The notes beneath the pieces are model-generated. The model made no database searches. It saw only the letters and a list, made by a program, of their open reading frames with translations, and had not been told where the DNA came from. The position numbers and the translations under genes were made by a program. Below are positions 22,325 to 31,363 of a stretch of 64,000 bases of DNA, piece by piece; position 1 is the stretch's first letter; every line of letters begins with the position of its first letter. Origin of the DNA: an uncultured Actinomycetes bacterium (lineage in GTDB: Bacteria; Actinomycetota; Acidimicrobiia; Spongiisociales; DATADW01); NCBI GenBank assembly GCA_963733905.1, contig CAVTEU010000013.1, forward strand, positions 157,389-221,388. The letters run 5' to 3'.

Positions 22325-23122
22325 TCAACTCGGCTCGGAGGACGGTTGCTTCCAGACCTCCCAGGGGGCGTCCCCTGCTCCGTAGCCCTCTTCGAGCGCC
22401 TGGCGGTCCTTGAAGGTGTCCATCGCCGTCCAGAAGCCGCGGTAGCGGTGTGCCCACAGCTTGCGCTCAGCGATGAGTCGCTGGAATGGCTCGAACACGA
22501 GATCCTCGCCCTCGTGGAGGTGATTGAAGATCTCCTTGCGAAAGACGAAGTACCCGCCGTTGACCCAGAGGTCGGACTCGCTCAGCGGATCGATCGACCT
22601 CACCTCTCCGTTCTCTCCGATGTCGGTCACGTGGAACGACTGGGTGGAATGGACGGCGAGGAACCCGGCAACCTTGTCGGGTTGGGCGAGGAAGGTGTCG
22701 ACATAAGCGCTCAGGTCGAGATCGGTCAGCCCGTCGGAATAGTTGGCCAGGAAGACCTCCTCGTCGTCGAGGTAGGGCTCCACCGCCTTGAGCCGCTCGC
22801 CGATGCTCGAGCTGATCCCCGTCTCGGCGAACGTGATCTTCCAGTCGTCGATGTCGCGGCTGAGCAACTGGATGTCGCGTCCCCCCTCAGACAGGACGAA
22901 GTCGTTGGAGACCCACTCGCGGTAGTCGAGGAAGTACTCCTTGATCACCTGGCTCTTGTAGCCGAGGCACAGAATGAACTCGGTGTGCCCGAAGTGGGCG
23001 TAATACCTCATCAGATGCCAGAGGATTGGCCGCGGGCCGATGGGCACCATCGGCTTGGGGACGGCATCGGAGTACTCGCGCAGCCGTGTACCCAAACCCC
23101 CACAAAAAAGGACAACCTTCAT
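22325..23122 (-). CDS. rfbF: glucose-1-phosphate cytidylyltransferase
   Basis: MKVVLFCGGLGTRLREYSDAVPKPMVPIGPRPILWHLMRYY...; AAGGAGGG RBS; no frameshift seen. Confidence 0.85.
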   Translation of the reverse strand: MKVVLFCGGLGTRLREYSDAVPKPMVPIGPRPILWHLMRYYAHFGHTEFILCLGYKSQVIKEYFLDYREWVSNDFVLSEGGRDIQLLSRDIDDWKITFAETGISSSIGERLKAVEPYLDDEEVFLANYSDGLTDLDLSAYVDTFLAQPDKVAGFLAVHSTQSFHVTDIGENGEVRSIDPLSESDLWVNGGYFVFRKEIFNHLHEGEDLVFEPFQRLIAERKLWAHRYRGFWTAMDTFKDRQALEEGYGAGDAPWEVWKQPSSEPS

Positions 23123-23190
23123 CCCGCCCTCCTTGGGACGCTCCCCGCCATCGGCACGCACTTCACCCTGGCAGGCATGGCGCGCCCGAC

Positions 23191-23349
23191 CTATCCGTTC
23201 TCATCGGCCAGAGCGCGCTCGATCTGAAGCGAAACGACCACACCCGATGGACTGCCGAACCCAGGGTTCGAAGCGCGCCACCACGACCATTCGAACCCAG
23301 GGTTGGCAGCTACCGCCGCGGTACTCACCAACCCTGGGTTGGCGGTCAT
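23191..23349 (-). CDS. possible 52-aa ORF containing three 12-residue (A/S)NPG(L/F) repeats; may instead be non-coding
   Basis: MTANPGLVSTAAVAANPGFEWSWWRASNPGFGSPSGVVVSLQIERALADENG. Its ATG overlaps the upstream mini-ORF stop (ATGA). The repeats coincide with DNA palindromes, and third-position GC looks lower than in neighbouring genes. Confidence 0.25.
   Translation of the reverse strand: MTANPGLVSTAAVAANPGFEWSWWRASNPGFGSPSGVVVSLQIERALADENG
23256..23342. repeat. three 15-bp palindromes spaced exactly 36 bp centre to centre
   Basis: CGAACCCAGGGTTCG (23256-23270), CGAACCCAGGGTTGG (23292-23306), CCAACCCTGGGTTGG (23328-23342). Confidence 0.85.
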
Positions 23350-23444
23350 GCAGAGCCGAGCGCCAATGCGAACCACACGGCACCGGCGGCGAGGATCACC
23401 AGCGCCGCCACCAGGGCGAGGATGATCAAGACCCTGGTCGGCAT
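23346..23444 (-). CDS. 32-aa hydrophobic mini-protein (single TM helix)
   Basis: MPTRVLIILALVAALVILAAGAVWFALALGSA. Below the track's size cut-off. Strongly G/C-ending codons. Lies 23 nt after the sulfotransferase stop; no clear RBS. Confidence 0.4.
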   Translation of the reverse strand: MPTRVLIILALVAALVILAAGAVWFALALGSA

Positions 23445-23467
23445 ACCTGCAAGACCGCGCCCATCGG

Positions 23468-24229
23468 TCAGCGCTCGGCATCCGCTTCAAGCAGACGGTG
23501 GAGCGCCGCGGTTTCCGGGGCGTACATTTCCTCGAGCAGTCGACGGTGCTCGTCGGGGATGGCGTCGGGACGCTGGCGCCCCACCACGTCAGCCCCGCCG
23601 CCTACCCCCCGGTCGATGACCGACCCTGCGGGAAACTGTCCCCAGTCGCCGGGGACCGAGACACCGAGGTGGGTGAGCACCCGGGTCAAGAGCTCGAGCG
23701 GGCGATCCCGGATCTCATCGTTGGATACAACGAGCAGCCGTTCGTATGGGTACTCGGCCCGCCACCGCTCGATCATGGCGGTGTAGTCGACATTGCTCCG
23801 GGTCGAGGCGCGACCGAAGAACTCCCGGTACTCCTCGGAGGGGACGTCAGACGGTTTCCGCGCCTGCTCCCTAGCCAGCTTCATCACGGCGTGCGACCAC
23901 ACCGTGTCGACCGGATCACGGACGACGAGGATCAGCCGGGCATCGGGCAGGAGCCGCCGCACCGCCGCCACCCGCTTCGGAGGAAGCAACGAGTAGGCGG
24001 GAGTTATCTCGCCCCTGACTTTCCCGGCTCCGGCGGCGAAGTGCCCTGCGTACCAGTGGGGCGACTTGTGCCAGCGGCCGTCGAAGTAGTGGACCTCCTT
24101 CACGTCGGGGAGGTACAGCTCTGGATGAGCCCGGAGGTTGTGGTGGAGCCATGTGGTCCCGGTCTTGGCCGCACCGATCCCGAGGAAGTCGGGCAGGTTG
24201 GCCGGGGGCTGGATCCATCCTCTGGCCAT
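23468..24229 (-). CDS. sulfotransferase family protein
   Basis: PAPS 5'-phosphosulfate loop GIGAAKTGTTWLHHNL and LILVVRDPVDTVWSH. Intact. Confidence 0.8.
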   Translation of the reverse strand: MARGWIQPPANLPDFLGIGAAKTGTTWLHHNLRAHPELYLPDVKEVHYFDGRWHKSPHWYAGHFAAGAGKVRGEITPAYSLLPPKRVAAVRRLLPDARLILVVRDPVDTVWSHAVMKLAREQARKPSDVPSEEYREFFGRASTRSNVDYTAMIERWRAEYPYERLLVVSNDEIRDRPLELLTRVLTHLGVSVPGDWGQFPAGSVIDRGVGGGADVVGRQRPDAIPDEHRRLLEEMYAPETAALHRLLEADAER

Positions 24230-24394
24230 GGCCCACCGGATCGCATCAGAGCGGGACGATCTCGGTGCGCTGCAACGACCGCATCGCCCTTTTGACCCAC
24301 GCTCCGCCCGGGACCTGCGACCAGCGGACCGTGCCCTTCGGTGGCCGGGCTGCTGCCTCGAGGGATCGCCGGGTAGACCCCAGGTCAGGCTCGG

Positions 24395-24631
24395 TCACCG
24401 GCGTTCCTCGACCAGGCGGGCTATGCCGGCGACATTCTCGAAGTGCGAGAGGTCGACATCATCGGCGTTGATCTCGACACCGAACTCCTCCTCGAGGAAC
24501 CCGATGAGTGTGAGCACCCCCATCGAGTCGACGATCTCGGATGTGATCAGCGGCGTGTCGTCGTCGATCACCGACCCGGGCGCGAGCTCTTCGGAGATGT
24601 AACGGCGGATCGTCTGAGCAGTCGAGGTCAT
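24395..24631 (-). CDS. acyl/peptidyl carrier protein (79 aa)
   Basis: MTSTAQTIRRYISEEL...LITSEIVDSMGVLTLIGFLEEEFGVEINADDV. The Ser of DSM is the likely phosphopantetheine attachment site. Confidence 0.8.
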   Translation of the reverse strand: MTSTAQTIRRYISEELAPGSVIDDDTPLITSEIVDSMGVLTLIGFLEEEFGVEINADDVDLSHFENVAGIARLVEERR

Positions 24632-24834
24632 GAGCACTTCTAGGTCTGGTCGCGGTGTTCCGCGCCGTCGGAGGGTCGATGGTACCGGCGGGCATGTCCC
24701 ATCGTTCGCGCTGCAGTATCGACCCGGGGTGGCCGATATTTGAGCTGACACCGGGCCACGACCCGGTCGTCCGTACACTCCTGCAACCCGCCGCGGCCCA
24801 CTGGGCGAAGAGCGCGGCACCGAGGTAGAACGTC

Positions 24835-25738
24835 ATGTTGGAGGTGAGGTCGATAGAGACGACCATGCTCGAGGAGGATGGCTCCCGGGCCGAGGCCTGT
24901 TTCGTCGAGACCGACCGGGGGGCCCTGTTCATGGTTACGCACCTACCCGCCGGACCGGCGCAGGGTGCCGTGGTCGTGTGCAGCCCGATCCAATCCGAAT
25001 TGCTCAAGAACAACCGCCGCGAGGTGATGCTCGCCCGCCGCCTCGCCAGCCAAGGCTTGGCGGTGGCTCGCTTCCACTACATCGGCACCGGGAACAGCGA
25101 CGGCGAGGTGAGCGACGTCACCATCGACGGCATGGCTGCGGACACTGCCGCGGTCGCCACCGCCCTTGCCGCGGACACCGACCGGATCGGGTTCGTCGCC
25201 ACGAGGCTCGGTTCGCTGGCTGCGTCCCACGTCGCATCTGGGCTGCCCGGTTCGCCCCTCGCCTTGTGGGAGCCGGTGGTCTCGGGTCGCGGCTACCTCA
25301 AGGAGCTGATGCGGGTCAGGCTGATGGTTGGGATGCGGCAGGGGACCGACGGGAGCGAGGCGCCACCGGTGACCGACGAGATCGCAGACCAGCTCGCCCG
25401 GACAGGCTCGTTCGCGGTCATGGGATTCTCCATCGGAGGCGGACTCAAGGATGACCTCGAGCGAAGCGATCTCAGGATCGAGCATCCCGCCGATCATGAC
25501 GTGCTCGTTGTCCAGTTCGGTCAGCGGGCGGGGATACGCCGCGAACTCCGAGCGCTCGCTACGGATCTCGAACAACGAGGAGGTGCTCCCGACGGTCGAG
25601 CAGGTGCCTTTTGACGAGGCCTGGTGGCTCCATGTCGATGTGGATGCCCTCACCCCCGAACGTGAGCTTGCTCTGAACACCGATGTCGTCGGCCGCACCG
25701 AGCGGTGGCTGACCGGCGCTCTCGGGGTGGTTGTATGA
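24835..25738 (+). CDS. alpha/beta-fold protein, type A (Arg at nucleophile-elbow position), frameshift near 25585
   Basis: VVVCSPIQSELLKNNRREVMLARRLASQGLAVARFHYIGTGNSDGE; elbow FVATRLGSLAA. The C-terminus (VEQVPFDEAWW...) is in frame 25451..25738. Paralogous to 26661..27536. Confidence 0.7.
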
Positions 25739-26664
25739 CCGGGGCACTGCTCTCCACCGGTGTGCGCGAACGCCCCGTCTTCTTTCCATCCGATGGGAAC
25801 ACCCTGTTCGGTGTGCTGACCGAGCCGGAGGGACCCCGCAACGGGGTCGGTGTCCTCCTCATCCAGGGCGGCGACACCGTCAACGTCTCGCTCCACCGCA
25901 ACCGGCTCGCCGTCAGGCTGGCACGCAGCCTCGCCGCCGATGGGTACACCTGCCTCCGCTTTGACTACCACGGTTTGGGGGAGAGCTCGGGTGACATCGG
26001 GGCCTTGCACCTCAACAACCCCTTCACCGAGGACGCCGAAGCCGCGGCCGAGGTGATGCACCAGCTCGGGATCGACGACCTGGTGCTCGTCGGCGCCTGT
26101 TTCAGCGCCCGGACCGCCCTATCGGCAGCGCCGCTCATCGACGGAGTCCGCGCCGTGGTTATGGCCACGCCACCTGTGGCCGGCTACGGGCGGGACGACG
26201 CCATGGCCGAGCGGCTGTCGCGGGAATGGTCGTGGTCTGATTATGTGAAGAGGGCAGCTCGCCTCGAGACCCTCGCCAACCTGGCTCGGCCGTCGCACCG
26301 TCAGGCATACAGCCGGTTCGCCCGCTCCAAGCTGCGTGGCACACGCCGCCCCGGAGGAGGCGACCCCACATTGCGTTGGGTGAGCCCGATGTTGCTCGAT
26401 CCGCTCGACACCATGGTGGAGAGGGGCGTGCCCGTGCTCGTCGTGTTCGGCGACAAGGACCCGCTTCTCGGCGAATGGCAGCGGGCGTCCACAGGACGAC
26501 TCGGCTCCATCCTGGAGAGGGCAGGTGACCAGGTCGAAGTGATTGACGACCTGCCCGGCGTGGTTCACGGCTTCCTCGGGATCGATGTCCAGGACCGGTT
26601 CCTCGCACTGACGACCGACTGGATCAGGGCAAGGGTGCCCACCGCCGTTCGGGATCTTCAGTGA
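25735..26664 (+). CDS. alpha/beta-fold protein, type B (Cys at nucleophile elbow)
   Basis: LFGVLTEPEGPRNGVGVLLIQGG...RLARSLAADGYTCLRFDYHGLGESSGD...LVLVGACFSARTA...VVFGDKD...VVHGF. ATGA overlap with the upstream gene. Confidence 0.75.
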   Translation: MTGALLSTGVRERPVFFPSDGNTLFGVLTEPEGPRNGVGVLLIQGGDTVNVSLHRNRLAVRLARSLAADGYTCLRFDYHGLGESSGDIGALHLNNPFTEDAEAAAEVMHQLGIDDLVLVGACFSARTALSAAPLIDGVRAVVMATPPVAGYGRDDAMAERLSREWSWSDYVKRAARLETLANLARPSHRQAYSRFARSKLRGTRRPGGGDPTLRWVSPMLLDPLDTMVERGVPVLVVFGDKDPLLGEWQRASTGRLGSILERAGDQVEVIDDLPGVVHGFLGIDVQDRFLALTTDWIRARVPTAVRDLQ

Positions 26665-27536
26665 AGATGGCGGCCGTGGCGACGAGACCATGGCGACGAG
26701 ACCCGACAACCGACATCACCGAAGAGGCTGGCTACGACGGTGACCGGTTCTGGGTCTCGCACCAGCCAGAGCGCCCCCGCTTGGGGGTTCTGGTCTGCAG
26801 TCCGCTCCACGCCGAGATGCAGCGCAACTACCGCCGCGAGGTGCTGCTGAGCCGCCGGTTGGCAAGCGCCGGCGCCGCAGTCGAGCGATTCCACTACCGC
26901 GGCATCGGCAACAGTGCCGGGGAGCCCAGTCGCCTCGCTCTGGAGACGATGATCGAAGACGGGGTCGCCGCCGTCCGCCATCTCCAGCAACGGGTAGGGG
27001 GCGTGCCGTTGGTGGTCCTCGGGACCAGGGTCGGAGGACTGGTCGCCGCCGCCGTGGCTGCAGAGGAGAAGGCAGCCGGTCTCGCCCTGTGGCAACCACT
27101 GGTCAAGGGGTCTGCCTACATGCGCGAGGCGGAGCGCTCCGCCATGGCGAGGGCCATCACCCGAACTGGCGATGAGCGCCCACCGCCACTCCGGGAGGTG
27201 CTCGCCTCCCAGGGATCGGCCGACGTGCTCGGGGAGAGGGTTTACGCCGCGCTGAGCGCCAGCCTGGAGACGGCTCAGCTGAGAACGCTCATCGGCGACG
27301 AGCCGCGGCCCGTCCTGCTGGCGCAGGCCGGCGGTCCCGAAGGACTGCGCGGCGAGCTGGCACGGTTGGCCGACGAGCTCTCCGAGAACGGGTTCACCGT
27401 CACCGCCCGTCCCACCGGGGACGCAGAGGTCTGGTGGGCCAACCCCGGTGGCGACCTATTCCGCGAGGAGGACGACAAGCCCCTCACCGTCGAGCTTCTT
27501 CGGATCACTTCCGAATGGTTGGAGACGTTGTCGTGA
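26661..27536 (+). CDS. alpha/beta-fold protein, type A' (Arg at nucleophile elbow)
   Basis: VLVCSPLHAEMQRNYRREVLLSRRLASAGAAVERFHYRGIGNSAGE; elbow VVLGTRVGGLVAA. GTGA overlap with the upstream gene. Confidence 0.75.
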   Translation: MKMAAVATRPWRRDPTTDITEEAGYDGDRFWVSHQPERPRLGVLVCSPLHAEMQRNYRREVLLSRRLASAGAAVERFHYRGIGNSAGEPSRLALETMIEDGVAAVRHLQQRVGGVPLVVLGTRVGGLVAAAVAAEEKAAGLALWQPLVKGSAYMREAERSAMARAITRTGDERPPPLREVLASQGSADVLGERVYAALSASLETAQLRTLIGDEPRPVLLAQAGGPEGLRGELARLADELSENGFTVTARPTGDAEVWWANPGGDLFREEDDKPLTVELLRITSEWLETLS

Positions 27537-28390
27537 TCGAGCAGCCCTTTTTCGTCGAGTCCGGCGGGGAGGATCTCTTCGGGGTCGTCGCTCTGCCGGA
27601 TGTGCCGGCACGGACCGTCGCCACCCTGCTACCCGCGGGCGGCTACACGTTCTCGCCGCAACGAAATGGGTGGGGCACCAGGCTTACCCGGAGTCTGGCG
27701 GACTCCGGTTTGGCCGCCGTCCGCTTCGACTGGCACGGCATCGGGGACAGTTCGGGACGGGCGGGCAACTTCGCCCTCGACCAGCCTTTCGCCGATGACG
27801 CCCTGGCGCTGGTGGAGATGGCCCGGTCGGAGGGCTGGGAGCGACAGGTCCTCGTGGGACATTGCTTCGGGGCCCGCACCGCCCTCGCCATCGCACCACA
27901 AGTGCCAGGTCTCGTCGGAGTAGCCCTCGTGTCCCCGCCGGTCCGGGACCATGCCCGTGGCGAGGGCGGGGCCAACCGGCTCGCCTACGACCTTGGCACC
28001 GCCGGGTACCTGCGCACCGCGGCGGGCAAGTTCCGCTGGAGCGCGCTGTCCGACCCGGCCGAGCGACGGCGCTACCTGCGGCTTGCTCGCTCCTTTGTCA
28101 GGATCCGGTTGGGCGCCGCCAAGCGCCGGGTTCAACAGTTGCGTGGCAGCGGCGTCGATCCCGTGCCATGGGTGAGCAGGCCGATGCTCGACCAGTTGGC
28201 GTGGCTCGCCGACAGAGGGCGTCCCGGTGCTGTTCGTCTACGGGGACGAAGAGAACGACTTCACCGAGTTCGGCGAGGCGCGCCAAGGCCGGCTGGGTGA
28301 GATCCTCGAGAAGAACGCCGAGAAGATCCGCCTAGAAGTGGTCCCGGGCTCGGGTCTCGGCGTCGCGCTATGGGGAATGGCACGCAGCCA
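27533..28390 (+). CDS. alpha/beta-fold protein, type B' (Cys at nucleophile elbow); frameshift near 28218 and 3' end disrupted at the IS remnant
   Basis: LFGVVALPD...RLTRSLADSGLAAVRFDWHGIGDSSGR...QVLVGHCFGARTA...; PVLFVYGDEEN is in frame 28227... GTGA overlap. The natural C-terminus is not identifiable. Confidence 0.65.
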
Positions 28391-28398
28391 CGAAGGCG

Positions 28399-29150
28399 AT
28401 GACATCGCCGGGATGGACGCAAGACACCCAGGAGCTGGTGGCGAGGGGATGGCGCCACTACCTGGGCCCGGTGAACGAGAAGGGATCCCCGCTGCTGATC
28501 GACATCGATTCCACCCACATCGAGACGTTCGGCAAAGCCAAGGAGGGAGCCAGCGCCCGCAACTATCTGGGGGCCAAGGGATATCACCCGCTGCTCTGCG
28601 CCGAAGCCTCCACCGGGCAGATCCTGGGGACGGAGCTCCGCCGAGGCAACACAGCTGATGACAACGACGCCGCCGCTTTCTTGGACGCCACCTGGGACAG
28701 CTGCGTACTGTCATCAGCGCAGACCAGACCGTGGTGTTACGAGCCGATTCCGGCTTCTACACCGGCGAGATCGTCGATGCCTGCAGCCGTCACCGAGTTG
28801 GCTACTCGATCACGGTGCGACAGTTCCCCCCATCAGAAAACGGATCGGCGACATCCCAGCGGAGGAATGGCAACCCGCGGTGCACACCCGCACGCGGCAT
28901 GAAGACCTCGCCGCGATTCCCTTCACCATCAAAGGCCGCCGCGGCAGCAACAGAACACCCACGACTTGCCGACTGGTGGTGCGACGTACCACCACCCCGG
29001 CCGACACCGGACAAAGCCAACCCCGGTTGTTCGACCTGGTAGACTACCACGCCTTCATCACCGACCAACCCGGAGACCCCGCCGTTCTCGCCTCGCGCCA
29101 CCGCCGCCACGCCGTGATCGAGAACGTCACCCGAGACCTCAAGACGGCTG
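28399..29150 (+). mobile_element. IS1380-like DDE transposase remnant (both ends truncated, frameshifted)
   Basis: LLIDIDSTHIETFGKAKEGASARNYLGAKGYHPLLCAEASTGQILGTELRRGNTADDND, VVLRADSGFYTGEIVDACSRHRVGYSITVRQ and CRLVVRRT...LFDLVDYHAFITDQPGD...HRRHAVIENVTRDLK lie across three frames. No terminal inverted repeats recognised. Confidence 0.6.
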
Positions 29151-30078
29151 CGGAACCACCCCCTCCGCTTGCGTTCGGCTCTGGCCTCGCCCTCACCTGG
29201 GGAGGCCGGGGAGTTCCGTCTTCCGTCTTCCGTCTTCCGCCTTCTCGGCGGAACAACTCAAATCCGGTGAGGAAACGCTCGAGGAACTCGCCGCCTGCTT
29301 CGTCGAGCAGGCTTTCCCAGCGGGGGTCGCCGCGGTAGCGGGTCACCTGCGAGACGTGGGCGGCGATCGCCGCTTCCTTTTGGTCGAGAACCTCGGCCAC
29401 CGGGACCGCCCAGGTGAACCCGGCGGTGGGCTCACCGGTCGCAGCGGCGGTAAGGGCGGTCTTCATCCGGCGGGCGAGCTTGCGCAACCCACCGCGGCCG
29501 GTCAACGGGAGCGGCCCCCATGGCCAGTGCTGCCACCACCACACCGGGTACTCGACCACGGCGGCGTCGGAACCGACCGATGCGAGTGCTTGCCGAGCGA
29601 TTCGATAGGCCGCCTCGTGGTCGGGATGGCCGTCGTCGGCCGCGGTGACGAACACCTCGGCGGGGCGGACCTCCTCGAGGATCGGGACCAGTTGGGCGGC
29701 GGCCGCCGCTTCGTCCTGTCGCAGGGCGCCGTCGCGGAACCCGAGAAACCAGGCGCGGTGAGGGCCAACCCCGAGCTGGTCGAGCGATGCGATCTCCTCA
29801 CGGCCACGGAGAGCCGTCAACTCGGCGCGGTCGATCAGGTCCCGATTGGCGAAGGCACCGTCGGTGAGCACCGCCACGGCGACATCGACGTCCAATCTCC
29901 TCTTGCGGGCGATAGTCCCCCCGCACCCCAGAGTGTCGTCATCTGGGTGAGGCGCCACCACCAACGTCGGCCGGCGAAGTTGCTCATCGTCGGCCACCGA
30001 CCATTCACGGGCAGCGCGGCGCCAGCGGCGGTCCCGCACCCGAGCGCGCCAACCGCGTTCCCGGGGTTGGACGGTCAT
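29044..30078 (-). CDS. PIG-L/LmbE family deacetylase; ORF tail probably extended into the IS remnant
   Basis: TLVVAPHPDDDTLGCGGTIA...DGHPDHEAAYR...AIAAHVSQV. Family-like sequence ends near FELFRRE (~29250), and the remaining ~200 nt of the ORF are antisense to IS-derived DNA. Confidence 0.7.
   Translation of the reverse strand: MTVQPRERGWRARVRDRRWRRAAREWSVADDEQLRRPTLVVAPHPDDDTLGCGGTIARKRRLDVDVAVAVLTDGAFANRDLIDRAELTALRGREEIASLDQLGVGPHRAWFLGFRDGALRQDEAAAAAQLVPILEEVRPAEVFVTAADDGHPDHEAAYRIARQALASVGSDAAVVEYPVWWWQHWPWGPLPLTGRGGLRKLARRMKTALTAAATGEPTAGFTWAVPVAEVLDQKEAAIAAHVSQVTRYRGDPRWESLLDEAGGEFLERFLTGFELFRREGGRRKTEDGTPRPPQVRARPEPNASGGGGSAAVLRSRVTFSITAWRRWREARTAGSPGWSVMKAW
29214..29241. repeat. heptamer tandem repeat (TTCCGTC) x4, last copy imperfect
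   Basis: ttccgtc ttccgtc ttccgtc ttccgcc, at the junction of the IS remnant and the 3' end of the minus-strand PIG-L gene. Confidence 0.7.
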
Positions 30079-31315
30079 TTTGGGCTCCTCGTCGGTATCA
30101 AGGTCGAGTAGAGGTCGAGGGTACGCGCGGTGACCTTCTCCCAGTCGTACGCCTGTGCCAGCTGCCTGCCTGCTTCGCCCATACGGCGTGCTAGTTCCGG
30201 GTCACGGCGGATCTGGAGGATGGCATCGGCCAACTCTGCCGGATCTTCCGGCTCGATGAGGACGCCGCTGGTCCCGTCGGCTACGAGATACTCCTGGCCA
30301 CCGACCCGGGTGGCGATCACGGGCCGTCCCCGACGCCATGGCCTCCACCACCGTCATCCCGAAAGACTCACTCAAAGAAGGATTCACCAGCACTGAAGCC
30401 GCGGCGTATCTGACGGGCAGATCCTGGTAGGGCACCACGCCGGCCCAATCGACCCGGGACCGCAGCCCAGCGGGGATCCTCTGCTCGAGTTGCGCCCGGT
30501 ATGGAGGTCCCCCATACCACCTACCGAGTTCTCGCACTTGGGGGTCGGTCGAACCACGGACAACCGCCTCGGCGGGGAGGACGCTGTGCGGACCGACCAG
30601 CGTGAGCTTGATCCGATCATCATCAGCGGCCAGGGCAACAACGGCATCGATCAGGGTGTGGACACCCTTTTCCGGGGAGACCCTCCCCACGAACAGCACG
30701 TTGAAGTCCTCGCCGTCGGTGACTATCGACAGCGGAGAAGGCGGAGGCATCGACGCCGTTGGGGATGGTGTGGATTCGCCCCGCGTTCGCCGGGTGGGCG
30801 AGTCGAGCGCGCCGGGTCACGTGGTCGCTGCAGGTGACCACGGCATCGGCCGCCCGGACCGCCGGGGCGGTCTGAGCCGGGGACAGGTCGGAGAGCCACT
30901 CGTTGTGGAGGTGGAGCACGATCGGCACCCGCCGGTTGAACGCCCTGATGACGCGGGTGAAGGGGAACTGGCTCTGAATGTGGACCAGGTCGGGGCGGCG
31001 GCGGCGGATGTCGATCGCCGCCTGGATGGCGAACCCCAGGTGGGTCCACAACGAGGTGAGACGGGGGCGGCGCGGATCCTTGCTCGATGGCAAGAACCGC
31101 AGCATTCGGGAAAGGAGGTTGTCGGGAAGCGTCGCCAGCAGCCGGTACTCGACACCGTGGTGGCTCTGGCGGGTGGTGCCGGTGCGTTCCCCGCTGGCAT
31201 AGACAGTCACTTCGTGGCCGGCTGCGACCATGCGGCGGGCCACTTCACCGCTCCAGATCCCTATCGAGATTGTCGGAGTCGGTGGACGGGAAGCGGCGCC
31301 GGGTTGGTTGACCAT
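30075..31315 (-). CDS. glycosyltransferase family 4, 2 frame changes (~30735, ~30325)
   Basis: RIAMVNQP... N-terminal domain in frame 30623..32647; FNVLFVGRVSPEKG...SESFGMTVVEAMASG in frame 30202..30750; IATRVGGQEYLVADGTSGVLIEPEDP in frame 30075..30320. Confidence 0.8.
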
Positions 31316-31363
31316 GGCGATTCGGAGCGGCCGGGCGGCGCCATCCCGGTACGCTCCCTCGCC

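Noticed and set aside
21229-22413. 394-aa plus-strand ORF; similar long ORFs at 51856-53721 (+), 5601-6599 (-), 6499-7509 (-), 38012-38878 (-) and 16696-17751 (+).
   Set aside because: They are antisense to genes with clear family motifs and have Arg/Pro/Gly-rich junk-like composition. These are typical shadow ORFs of GC-rich DNA.
23258-23310. GGGTTCGAA / TTCGAACCC strings resembling a tRNA T-loop.
   Set aside because: No complementary T-stem, acceptor stem or anticodon arm can be drawn on either strand.
23256-23342. Regularly spaced palindromic repeats considered as a mini-CRISPR array.
   Set aside because: The repeats are only ~15 bp, there are three copies with 21-bp spacers, and there are no cas genes or leader. 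This does not meet CRISPR criteria.
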